Assembly: GCA_964450965.1 (NCBI GenBank)
Contig: CAYVFF010000009.1
Location: 5,384 to 69,383, forward strand
Source of the DNA: an uncultured Eubacterium sp.
Lineage (GTDB): Bacteria > Bacillota > Clostridia > Lachnospirales > Lachnospiraceae
DNA length: 64,000 bases
Direction: 5' to 3'
The position numbers and the translations under genes were made by a program. The notes below the pieces were generated by a model. The model was not told the DNA's origin, did no database searches, and was given only the letters and a program-made list of their open reading frames with translations. Position 1 is the first letter of the stretch, and the number at the start of each line of letters is the position of its first letter. Of this stretch, positions 34,290 to 43,098 are shown one piece after another.

Positions 34290-36776
34290 ATGGAAAAAAG
34301 ACAGTTGCAAGAGAATAAAAATATACAAAAAAAAGAAAAATTCCAGCAGGTCCGCATTTCTGTACGCGGCCTGGTGGAATTTTTATTGCGTTCCGGGGAC
34401 ATCGACGACCGCATAAGCCCGGCGTTTCGCGAGAACGCCATGCAGGAGGGCGCGCGCGTCCACAAAAAGATCCAGCGTTCTATGGGAGGCTCCTACATGG
34501 CCGAGGTCCCGCTGTCGTTGGACGTGCCGCAGCAGCGATATATCCTCACGGTCGAGGGCCGCGCGGACGGAATCTTTTTCGCCGTCGCCGGGATACCCGT
34601 ACCGGCGGGAAACGGCGGAATGGACGCCCGGATAATGGAAAAAGAGATATGGTGCATCGATGAGATCAAGGGCGTATACCGTGACGTCGAGGATATGGAC
34701 GGGCCGGCGGAGGTACACGTCGCGCAGGCAAAGTGCTACGCGTATATATATGCCCTGCAGCACGGGCTGCCGGAGATCGGAGTCCAGATGACTTATTGCG
34801 ACCTGGACACGGAGGAGGTGCGGCGGTTTTTCGAGATTTATTCATTTGCGCGGCTGCAGGCATGGTTTATGGATCTGATCGCGGAATACCGCAAATGGGC
34901 GGATTTCCAGTACGAATGGAGGAGCGTGAGCCTCGCGTCGATACAGTCGCTGGAATTCCCCTATCCATACCGCCCGGGGCAAAAAGAGCTCGCGTCGGAC
35001 GTCTACAGGACGATTCTTCGCAAAAAAAACCTTTTCATCCAGGCCCCGACCGGAGTCGGAAAGACGCTCACCGTCCTCTATCCGGCAGTGCGGGCCATGG
35101 GCGAGGGGCTGGGGGAAAAAATCTTTTACCTCACGGCGAAGACCGTGGTAGCCTTCGCGGCCATGGACACGTTCTCGCTGCTGCGTTCCCGCGGCTACCG
35201 CGGAAAGGTCGTGCAGATTACGGCAAAGGAAAAATTATGCAGGCTGGAAAAGCCCTCATGCAACCCCGATGCCTGCCCTTATGCCAAGGGGCATTATGAC
35301 AGGGTAAACGACGCGGTCTACGAGCTGCTGCATGAAACGGACTGTTTTTCCAGGGACGTGCTGACTGCCCAGGCGGACCGCCGCATGGTATGCCCTTATG
35401 AAACATGCCTGGATCTGTCGATATGGTGCGACGCGATCGTCGGGGATTATAATTATGTTTTTGACCCGTATGTTTCCCTAAAACGCTTTTTTGGAGAGGG
35501 GAACAAGGGCGATTATATCTTTCTGGTGGACGAGGCGCACAACCTGGTGGAACGCGGCAGGCAGATGTATTCCGCCAGCATCGTAAAGGAGGACGTCCTT
35601 GCGGTAAAGCAGGCGCTGCGGAATCTGAATAAAAAGGTCTGCCGCGCCTTAGACCGCGTCAACCGGGTATTGCTCGGATACAAGCGCGAATATGCGGATT
35701 ATACCGTGCATGAGTCGATTTCCGACCTGGCGCTGCCGCTCATGAGGCTCTCGGCCGAGATGGACCGCTTCCTGCAAAATCCGCTGCCGGCCGCGCTGCG
35801 CGATACCGTGATGAATTTTTATTTCAGCGTGCGCAATTTCCTCGATATTTATGAGGTGGCGGATAGCAATTATATAATATACTCGGCTACCGGAGAGGAT
35901 GGCACGTTCACGGTAAAGCTGCTCTGCGCGGATCCGTCCGCGAACCTGCAGGCGCGGCTCGGGCTGGCAAGGAGTACGATATTTTTCTCGGCGACGCTGC
36001 TGCCTATAGGATATTATAAGGCCCTGCTATCCACGGATCCGGACAATTATGCCGTCTATGCGCAGACTTCGTTCACATCCGACCAGAGGCTGCTGCTCAT
36101 CGGGCGTGACGTCAGCAGCAGATATGCGAGGCGCGGGCCGGAGGAGTATGGGCGGATAGCCGCCTATATATATAAGATTGCCACCGCGAAAAAGGGTAAC
36201 TATATCGCTTTCTTCCCGTCATATAAGATGATGGCGGACGTGGAGGAGCATTTCTCGCGGCTCTCCTGCGGCGCGGTCGACGTGATCATGCAGGAACCCG
36301 GGATGGGGGAGCCGGAGCGCGAGGAATTTCTGGGGGAATTCAGCGTGGAGAGGAGCCGGTCCATGGCTGCATTCTGCGTGATGGGCGGAATATTCGGCGA
36401 GGGAGTGGACCTGGCGGACGACCTGCTGATAGGAGCCGTCATAGTGGGTACCGGAATCCCGCAGATAGGCGGCGAGAGCGGGCTGCTCAAGGATTTTTTC
36501 GATGCGCGTGACGGAAACGGGTTCGACTATGTCTATCGTTTCCCCGGAATGAACCGCGTGCAGCAGGCCGCCGGGCGCGTAATCCGCAAGAGCACCGATT
36601 CGGGCGTGATCGCCCTGTTAGACGACCGTTTCCTGCAATGGGAGAACAGGCGGCTATTCCCGAGGGAGTGGGACGACTGGCGCCCATGCACGCTAAGCGA
36701 CGTGGACGGGATGCTTCGCGATTTCTGGAACTGCAGATTGCTAAAAATAAAAAACGGAGGGATGGGCAATGAGTAA
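34290..36776 (+). CDS. PD-(D/E)XK nuclease domain fused to an XPD/DinG-type Fe-S DNA helicase
   Basis: Nuclease motifs GRADG, IDEIKG and QAKCYAY. Walker A APTGVGKT. DEAH box (VDEAHN). Four-Cys cluster region (CRLEKPSCNPDACPY...CPYETC). Confidence 0.8.
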   Translation: MEKRQLQENKNIQKKEKFQQVRISVRGLVEFLLRSGDIDDRISPAFRENAMQEGARVHKKIQRSMGGSYMAEVPLSLDVPQQRYILTVEGRADGIFFAVAGIPVPAGNGGMDARIMEKEIWCIDEIKGVYRDVEDMDGPAEVHVAQAKCYAYIYALQHGLPEIGVQMTYCDLDTEEVRRFFEIYSFARLQAWFMDLIAEYRKWADFQYEWRSVSLASIQSLEFPYPYRPGQKELASDVYRTILRKKNLFIQAPTGVGKTLTVLYPAVRAMGEGLGEKIFYLTAKTVVAFAAMDTFSLLRSRGYRGKVVQITAKEKLCRLEKPSCNPDACPYAKGHYDRVNDAVYELLHETDCFSRDVLTAQADRRMVCPYETCLDLSIWCDAIVGDYNYVFDPYVSLKRFFGEGNKGDYIFLVDEAHNLVERGRQMYSASIVKEDVLAVKQALRNLNKKVCRALDRVNRVLLGYKREYADYTVHESISDLALPLMRLSAEMDRFLQNPLPAALRDTVMNFYFSVRNFLDIYEVADSNYIIYSATGEDGTFTVKLLCADPSANLQARLGLARSTIFFSATLLPIGYYKALLSTDPDNYAVYAQTSFTSDQRLLLIGRDVSSRYARRGPEEYGRIAAYIYKIATAKKGNYIAFFPSYKMMADVEEHFSRLSCGAVDVIMQEPGMGEPEREEFLGEFSVERSRSMAAFCVMGGIFGEGVDLADDLLIGAVIVGTGIPQIGGESGLLKDFFDARDGNGFDYVYRFPGMNRVQQAAGRVIRKSTDSGVIALLDDRFLQWENRRLFPREWDDWRPCTLSDVDGMLRDFWNCRLLKIKNGGMGNE

Positions 36777-39700
36777 AGTGCGCCGCGTATATGCGGAGAA
36801 AAAACCTGATTTTGCAGTGGCTGCAAAGGAACTGGCATCAGAGATAAGGAGTTATCTCGGGATCAAAACAGTCACAAACGTGCGTGTGCTGGTTCGCTAC
36901 GATATCGAGAATATCTCGGATGAGACATACGAAAAGGCGAAGTCGGAGGTATTCTCAGAACCGCCGGTCGATGAACTCTACGAGGAGGAGTTTGACGCGC
37001 GCGGTGCGGCCGTCTTCGGCGTGGAATATCTGCCCGGGCAGTTCGACCAGCGGGCGGACTCCGCGGTGCAGTGCGTGCGGCTCTTGAACGAGGACGAGGA
37101 GCCCGTCATCCGTTCCGCGACAGTCTATGCAATCGAGGGGGAACTGGGCGAGGGACAGCTGGAAATGATAAAGGCGCACTGCATCAATCCGGTCGATTCC
37201 CGCGAGACCTGCATGGACATGCCGGAGACGCTCGTACAGGATTTTCCGGAGCCGGAGGACGTCAAGATATTTGACGGGTTTACCGGGATGCCGGATGACG
37301 GGCTGCGAGATCTGTACGATTCCCTTGGGCTGGCGATGACTTTCAAGGATTTCCTGCACATCCGGAAATATTTCCGCGACGACGAGCGGCGCGATCCTAC
37401 CGTTACAGAAATACGCGTCCTGGATACGTATTGGTCTGACCACTGCCGCCATACGACCTTTTCCACTGAGCTTACCGAAGTGTCATTTGGCGAGGGATAT
37501 TATCGCGCCCCCATAGAGGAGGCGTACGGGGATTATCTGCGGACGCGAGAGGAGATATACGGAGGCCGCGATGATAAATTCGTCTGCCTGATGGATCTGG
37601 CATTGATGGCCATGAAACGCCTGAAAGCGGAGGGAAAGCTCGCAGACCAGGAGGAATCCGACGAGATCAATGCCTGCTCTATCGTAGTGCCCGTGGAGAT
37701 CGACGGCGAGGAGCAGGAATGGCTGGTGAATTTTAAAAACGAGACTCACAATCATCCCACCGAGATAGAGCCGTTCGGAGGGGCCGCGACGTGCCTCGGC
37801 GGCGCAATCCGAGATCCGCTCTCGGGGCGGACTTACGTCTATCAGGCGATGCGCGTGACCGGCGCCGCAGATCCCACGGTACCGGTAAAAGATACAATCC
37901 CCGGCAAGCTGCCGCAGAAAAAGCTCGTGCGCGGCGCGGCTCAGGGATATAGCTCCTATGGAAACCAGATCGGCCTTGCGACCGGCTATGTCAAGGAGAT
38001 CTACCATCCGGGCTATGTGGCAAAGCGAATGGAAATCGGCGCGGTCATCGGCGCGGCGCCGCGCGATGCGGTGCAAAGGCTGCGCCCTGACCCGGGCGAT
38101 GCCGTCATATTGCTCGGCGGACGCACCGGGCGCGACGGTATCGGCGGGGCCACCGGCTCTTCTAAGGCGCACAATACGCAGTCCACTTCGGCCTGCGGCG
38201 CGGAAGTGCAGAAGGGCAACCCGCCGACCGAGCGCAAATTGCAGCGCATGTTCAGGCGGCCCGAGGTGTCGCGGATGATAAAAAAATGTAATGATTTCGG
38301 CGCGGGAGGCGTGTCGGTCGCCATAGGCGAGCTCTCCGCCGGCCTGCGCGTCGACCTGGATCTGGTGACGAAGAAATATGCCGGACTGGACGGCACGGAG
38401 CTGGCTATCTCCGAGTCGCAGGAGCGAATGGCCGTGGTCGTCGCGCCCGAGGACGTGCGGCGGTTTCTCTCATATGCCGCCGAGGAGAACCTGGAGGCAG
38501 TCCAGGTAGCCATGGTGACGGAAGAGCCGCGCCTCGTGCTGACGTGGCGCGGGCGCAAGGTCGTCGACATATCGCGGGCGTTCCTGGATACGAACGGAGC
38601 CCATCAGGAGGCGGGAGTCGCGGTGGATATGCCGGAGCGTTCGGAGAACTTTTTTGAAAGATACGAGCTGCCAGGGGTCGCATCCGCGATGCAGCGCGGG
38701 GACGTATGGTCCGCATGGATCGAGACATTGAAAGACCTGAACGTCTGCTCGCAGAAGGGGCTGGTGGAACGTTTCGACAGCTCTATCGGCGCCGGCAGCG
38801 TATATATGCCATACGGCGGACTCTATCAACTGACAGAGACGCAGTCCATGGTCGCGAAACTGCCGGTATTATCCGGAAAATGCGACACGGTGACGATGAT
38901 GGCATGCGGTTTCGATCCATATCTTTCGAGCTGGAGCCCGTTTCATGGCGCGGCCTACGCAATCGTCGAATCACTCTCGCGCATCGTGGCGTCGGGCGGG
39001 GATTATTCTAAGGTTCGGTTCACGTTCCAGGAATATTTCCCCAGGATGAACGAGGACCGTTCGCGCTGGAGCCAGCCTTTTGCCGCGCTGCTGGGGGCAT
39101 ACCAGGCGCAGATTGCCCTGGGCCTGCCGGCAATCGGCGGGAAGGATTCGATGTCCGGCAGCTTCAACGAGATCGACGTGCCGCCCACGCTCGTCTCATT
39201 CGCGGTAAACGTGGCAAGGCAGCAGGATATAATCACGCCTGAATTAAAGGCGTCCGGAAATACTCTGATGCTGTTTACGATGGCGAGGGACGAATACGAT
39301 CTGCCGGATTACGGGCAGCTCAAAAAGCTCTATGCGGCCGTACATGGGCTGATTTTGGAAAAAGCGATAGTCTCCGCCTATGCGCTGGATGGAAAGGGAG
39401 TGGCCGCCGCCGTCAGCAAGATGGGCTTTGGCAACAAGCTCGGCGTGACGATAGACGGATCGGTCGATAAAGAGACGCTGTTCGCTCCTGCGTTCGGAAG
39501 CCTTCTGGCGGAGGTGCCCCAAGGCCTCGCGGATCGAGTAAAAGAGGCGTTTGATTCGGCCGGCATAGCGGACGCGTGCGCCGTTATCGGACACGTCAAT
39601 GATGCGAGGGTTTTTGCATATGCGGGAATGGCGCTGCCTATGGACGAGGCGCTAGCCGCCTGGACCGGCACGCTGGAAAAGGTATTCCCCACATTAGCGG

Positions 39701-40572
39701 ACGACCGCAGGGATACCGTAGAGACCGGGCTTTTCGAGTCGGATGGAGTCTATATATGCAAACACAAGGTCGCTAGGCCTATGGTGTTCATCCCTGTATT
39801 TCCAGGCACGAACTGCGAATACGACAGCGCCAGGGCTTTTGAGCTGGCAGGCGCGGACGTCGAGATGAAGGTGTTTAGAAATCTCAATTCCGCCGGCATC
39901 CGCGAATCCGTGGACGAGTTCGCGAGAGCGATAGCGAGGGCGCAGCTTGTCATGTTCCCGGGAGGTTTTTCCGCAGGAGACGAGCCGGAGGGCAGCGCGA
40001 AATTTTTCGCTAACGCGTTCCGTAATGGGAAAATCGCAGAGGAGATCATGAAGCTGCTGAATGAGCGCGACGGCTTGATGCTCGGCATATGCAACGGCTT
40101 CCAGGCTTTGATTAAATTAGGGCTGGTCCCTTACGGCGAGATAACGGAGCAGCGGCCCTCTTCGCCGACCCTGACGTACAATACCATAGGCAGGCATGTC
40201 AGCAAGATGGTATACACCAGGGTGGCGTCGAATAAATCGCCGTGGCTCTCGGGCGCGAAGCTGGGCGGGGTATACACGAATCCCGCGTCGCACGGAGAGG
40301 GGCGCTTCGTGGCCACGCAGGAATGGCTGGACCGCCTGTTTGCGAACGGCCAGGTCGCGACTCAATACGTCGACGAATCGGGCAATCCAACCATGGACGG
40401 CGAGTGGAACGTAAACGGATCGTACATGGCTATAGAGGGCATCACCAGCCCCGACGGACGCGTGCTGGGCAAGATGGCGCACTCCGAGAGGCGCGGGGAT
40501 GGCGTAGCGATAAATATATACGGCGAGCAGGACATGAAGATATTCGAGAGCGGGGTGGCATACTTTAGATAA
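36769..40572 (+). CDS. purL: Phosphoribosylformylglycinamidine synthase (single-chain large PurL)
   Basis: 1267 aa. FGAM synthase motifs (ETHNHPTEIEPFGGAATC). C-terminal glutaminase domain (GICNGFQAL). Confidence 0.95.
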   Translation: MSKVRRVYAEKKPDFAVAAKELASEIRSYLGIKTVTNVRVLVRYDIENISDETYEKAKSEVFSEPPVDELYEEEFDARGAAVFGVEYLPGQFDQRADSAVQCVRLLNEDEEPVIRSATVYAIEGELGEGQLEMIKAHCINPVDSRETCMDMPETLVQDFPEPEDVKIFDGFTGMPDDGLRDLYDSLGLAMTFKDFLHIRKYFRDDERRDPTVTEIRVLDTYWSDHCRHTTFSTELTEVSFGEGYYRAPIEEAYGDYLRTREEIYGGRDDKFVCLMDLALMAMKRLKAEGKLADQEESDEINACSIVVPVEIDGEEQEWLVNFKNETHNHPTEIEPFGGAATCLGGAIRDPLSGRTYVYQAMRVTGAADPTVPVKDTIPGKLPQKKLVRGAAQGYSSYGNQIGLATGYVKEIYHPGYVAKRMEIGAVIGAAPRDAVQRLRPDPGDAVILLGGRTGRDGIGGATGSSKAHNTQSTSACGAEVQKGNPPTERKLQRMFRRPEVSRMIKKCNDFGAGGVSVAIGELSAGLRVDLDLVTKKYAGLDGTELAISESQERMAVVVAPEDVRRFLSYAAEENLEAVQVAMVTEEPRLVLTWRGRKVVDISRAFLDTNGAHQEAGVAVDMPERSENFFERYELPGVASAMQRGDVWSAWIETLKDLNVCSQKGLVERFDSSIGAGSVYMPYGGLYQLTETQSMVAKLPVLSGKCDTVTMMACGFDPYLSSWSPFHGAAYAIVESLSRIVASGGDYSKVRFTFQEYFPRMNEDRSRWSQPFAALLGAYQAQIALGLPAIGGKDSMSGSFNEIDVPPTLVSFAVNVARQQDIITPELKASGNTLMLFTMARDEYDLPDYGQLKKLYAAVHGLILEKAIVSAYALDGKGVAAAVSKMGFGNKLGVTIDGSVDKETLFAPAFGSLLAEVPQGLADRVKEAFDSAGIADACAVIGHVNDARVFAYAGMALPMDEALAAWTGTLEKVFPTLADDRRDTVETGLFESDGVYICKHKVARPMVFIPVFPGTNCEYDSARAFELAGADVEMKVFRNLNSAGIRESVDEFARAIARAQLVMFPGGFSAGDEPEGSAKFFANAFRNGKIAEEIMKLLNERDGLMLGICNGFQALIKLGLVPYGEITEQRPSSPTLTYNTIGRHVSKMVYTRVASNKSPWLSGAKLGGVYTNPASHGEGRFVATQEWLDRLFANGQVATQYVDESGNPTMDGEWNVNGSYMAIEGITSPDGRVLGKMAHSERRGDGVAINIYGEQDMKIFESGVAYFR

Positions 40573-40622
40573 TGCGGGAACCGGCATGGCGCGCAACCCG
40601 GCTGTTGCTTAAAATTGGTAGA

Positions 40623-40647
40623 CCGCAACGCTGGTTGCGGCTATAAT
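40623..40647 (+). promoter_or_regulatory. Palindrome abutting a TATAAT box upstream of the XRE gene
   Basis: CCGCAAC-gctg-GTTGCGG (40623-40640) followed by TATAAT (40642-40647). I found no good -35 element. Confidence 0.35.
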
Positions 40648-40680
40648 GTACGCATAGTCTATATGGGAGGAGCGCCTACC

Positions 40681-41748
40681 ATGAACGGAGAGCAGATCAG
40701 GGAAGCCAGAAAAAAGAAAAACCTATCGCAGGAAGACTTGGCGGAGGCATTGGGAGTCACCCGGCAGGCGGTATCCAAGTGGGAAAATGATTCTTCGATT
40801 CCGCAGGGGATAAACAGGGAGATTCTGGCGCAGGTGCTGGATATTCCCGGGGAGGAGGAGTCTGCAGGACACGGGGCGTCTCCTGCGAACGAAGCCGCAT
40901 CTTTGTCCGGTGAGCGCGAGCGCCGCGGGCGGTTCCTGCCGTTATTTGCCGGCATAGGGATCGGCCTTGCCATAGGCGCAGCCGCGGGGATTTTTATAGG
41001 CAGGGGGCAGGCGGACTCCGCCAAAGACGAGATGCTGCCTCCGGAGGAACCTGAAATCCTGCCGTCAATCAATGGAGTCAAATTTTATGACGATGGCCAG
41101 GATATCGTGGGAGGAGAGGATTCCTGGTACGACCTTGAGAAAATCGACAGCATACTCGTTAGCTGGGCTGGCGGCACGCCGGAGAATATCAGGCTGTTCT
41201 ATACCCCTATCGGAACGGATACCGGGCAGCGCGCCGAACTGCTGCTGACGGAGCCGGCCATGGAAGGGGATAGCGACGCGCTCATCAATGCCGACGCGCT
41301 AAGACAGAAGGGAGAGGGGCATGCCTGGCTAGAACTCGAATTCGGCGGCGATGTAGTCAAGACGCAAACCTATGGCTTTTTCAGCGGATCCGCAGAAGCC
41401 TCGGATATAAAATGCTGCTATGTCAGGCATGCGGACGAAGAATCTGCGCTCATAGATATAGTTGAATGGGTGACGGTTCCCGGCAGGCGCGCGGCGGAGC
41501 TTGGCATAGAAAATGAAAGCGGATTTTTTGTATACAACGAGGAAGAGCGCTGGGAGACATACCCGCTAGCGAAAGACTGCCGGTATACGCTGCTGGACTG
41601 GCAGGGAAATTACGAGCGGATTGACGCGACTCCTGAAGAATTCCGGGATGCCATAGCGGAACGCGCCAAGGCCGGCTCTAATATCCCTTATAGATATGAA
41701 CTGAGGGACGGCGAGATCGTGTCGCTGGATGAGCAATATGTCCCTTGA
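40681..41748 (+). CDS. XRE-family HTH regulator with one TM helix and an extracytoplasmic domain
   Basis: GGGAGGAG SD. HTH_3 motif (LSQEDLAEALGVTRQAVSKWEN). TM segment FLPLFAGIGIGLAIGAAAGIFIG. Confidence 0.75.
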   Translation: MNGEQIREARKKKNLSQEDLAEALGVTRQAVSKWENDSSIPQGINREILAQVLDIPGEEESAGHGASPANEAASLSGERERRGRFLPLFAGIGIGLAIGAAAGIFIGRGQADSAKDEMLPPEEPEILPSINGVKFYDDGQDIVGGEDSWYDLEKIDSILVSWAGGTPENIRLFYTPIGTDTGQRAELLLTEPAMEGDSDALINADALRQKGEGHAWLELEFGGDVVKTQTYGFFSGSAEASDIKCCYVRHADEESALIDIVEWVTVPGRRAAELGIENESGFFVYNEEERWETYPLAKDCRYTLLDWQGNYERIDATPEEFRDAIAERAKAGSNIPYRYELRDGEIVSLDEQYVP

Positions 41749-42209
41749 GGGGGCGGATCATGCTCCATCCGCTCCGGCTGGATGTCGTCATGCCCGCGAT
41801 GGTTACCAACATTACATTCTTTCCCATAACAGTATTCTCTTATCGTTTCTTCATCGACCTCACCGACAGTCCCGCAGAAATACCCCCTGGCCCAAATATG
41901 CTGTCCCCAATATTTTTTCTTGAGCTCGGGGAATTCCTCCTGCAACATCTTCGATGACCTGCCTTTTAGCGACTTCATAATCCTGCTGGGTGCTAAATCC
42001 ATCGGGCATGACAGCAGCATGTGCACATAATCTACGCCAACGCTTCCCTTCAGTATCGTGATGCCGTTCGCTTCGCATCCCTGCGTCAGTACTTCCCTAT
42101 CCCTCTCCGCTACCTTCCCCTTTAATATTTTATATCTGTATTTCGTTATCCAGACAAAGTGGTACTTTATGTCGTACACCGTGTGGCTGCCGCTCCTGTA
42201 TTCTGCCAT
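41688..42209 (-). CDS. tnpA: IS200/IS605-family Y1 transposase TnpA
   Basis: HUH region and the catalytic-Tyr pattern (YDIKYHFVWITKYRY, DYVHMLL, WARGYF). GGGAGG SD before the ATG at 42209. The C-terminal roughly 45 aa are atypical. Confidence 0.85.
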   Translation of the reverse strand: MAEYRSGSHTVYDIKYHFVWITKYRYKILKGKVAERDREVLTQGCEANGITILKGSVGVDYVHMLLSCPMDLAPSRIMKSLKGRSSKMLQEEFPELKKKYWGQHIWARGYFCGTVGEVDEETIREYCYGKECNVGNHRGHDDIQPERMEHDPPPQGTYCSSSDTISPSLSSYL

Positions 42210-42300
42210 GGCTTCAAGCCTCCCGATACAGTATGCCACAATCTTCGTTTTAGGGGAACACGGCTTACGCCGTACCGCCTAAAGGCGGTGGTTTTAACCC
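41750..42300 (-). mobile_element. IS200-type insertion sequence (approximate ends)
   Basis: tnpA is flanked by subterminal hairpins: GCGGAT..ATCCGC (41753-41772), and CCACCGCC-ttta-GGCGG plus ACGGC-ttac-GCCGT (about 42258-42290). Exact ends not determined. Confidence 0.5.
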
Positions 42301-42342
42301 CGCGCTTGGAAAATAAAAAGATGAAACAGGAGGAGAAAAGCG

Positions 42343-42960
42343 ATGGAGCGATATGGCTACATAAGGATTTCGACAAAGGAACAAAACCCGGGACGGCAGT
42401 ATGCCGCACTGGAGGAATGCGACATATCCAGGGAAAATATCTATATGGACCGCATGTCGGGCAAGGATTTCCACAGGCCGCAATACCGGCGGCTATTGGG
42501 GAGGCTCAGGCAAGGCGACATGCTCGTCGTCAAAAGCATCGACAGGCTGGGGCGGGACTATGGCGAGATCCTGGAGCAATGGCGGAGGATTACCAAGGAA
42601 ATAGGCGCGGATATCCGCGTGATTGATATGCCGCTCCTCGATACGGACGCGCGGCATGGCGACCTGACCGGAGTATTTATCGCGGACATGGTCCTGCAGA
42701 TCCTCGCCTATGTGGCCGAGACCGAGCGCGCGTTTATCAGGCAGCGCCAGGCCGAGGGCATCGCCGTCGCCAGGGCAAACGGCATACGGTTCGGCCGTGA
42801 AAAGTGTGACGTTCCCGATGGTTTCGAGGAATATTTCCGCCTATGGCGCGATGGGGATGTCTCGACCCGCAAGGCGGCAGGGGCCTTGGGAATGAGCCAT
42901 TCCACGTTTTACCGGCGTTGCCGGGAGATGATGGGACGCGAAGAAAGTTGTAGCAAGTAG
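42343..42960 (+). CDS. Small serine recombinase (resolvase/invertase family)
   Basis: Catalytic N-terminus YGYIRISTKEQ. DRLGRD motif. C-terminal HTH (GMSHSTFYRRC). Confidence 0.85.
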   Translation: MERYGYIRISTKEQNPGRQYAALEECDISRENIYMDRMSGKDFHRPQYRRLLGRLRQGDMLVVKSIDRLGRDYGEILEQWRRITKEIGADIRVIDMPLLDTDARHGDLTGVFIADMVLQILAYVAETERAFIRQRQAEGIAVARANGIRFGREKCDVPDGFEEYFRLWRDGDVSTRKAAGALGMSHSTFYRRCREMMGREESCSK

Positions 42961-43098
42961 TAGACTATAAGAAACGCCTCGGAATGTGCTTTTCCCTGCC
43001 CGGATTGCGCGGTTACGGCTGCAAATCGCATTATACCATCGCTGTTTCAAAAAGTCTGCTTTGTGAAACGGCTAGACTTTGGCTAGGAGGAAATGAGA

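Noticed and set aside
41688-42300. IS200-like TnpA considered as a RAYT (REP-associated tyrosine transposase) responsible for the P-palindromes.
   Set aside because: The hairpins flanking tnpA (GCGGAT..ATCCGC; CCACCGCC..GGCGG) are unrelated in sequence to the P-palindromes, and tnpA is not bracketed by inverted P copies.
42322-43049. Possible inverted repeats bracketing the serine recombinase gene: TGAAAC...AGCGATGG (42322-42346) versus CCATCGCTGTTTCA (43036-43049).
   Set aside because: Only 8+6 nt match, with an 11 nt gap on one side, which is about what chance predicts for windows of this size. The TAGACT/GAAACG motifs at 42961-42976 and 43065-43078 form a mirror arrangement, not a complementary one. 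This is not adequate evidence for recombination sites.
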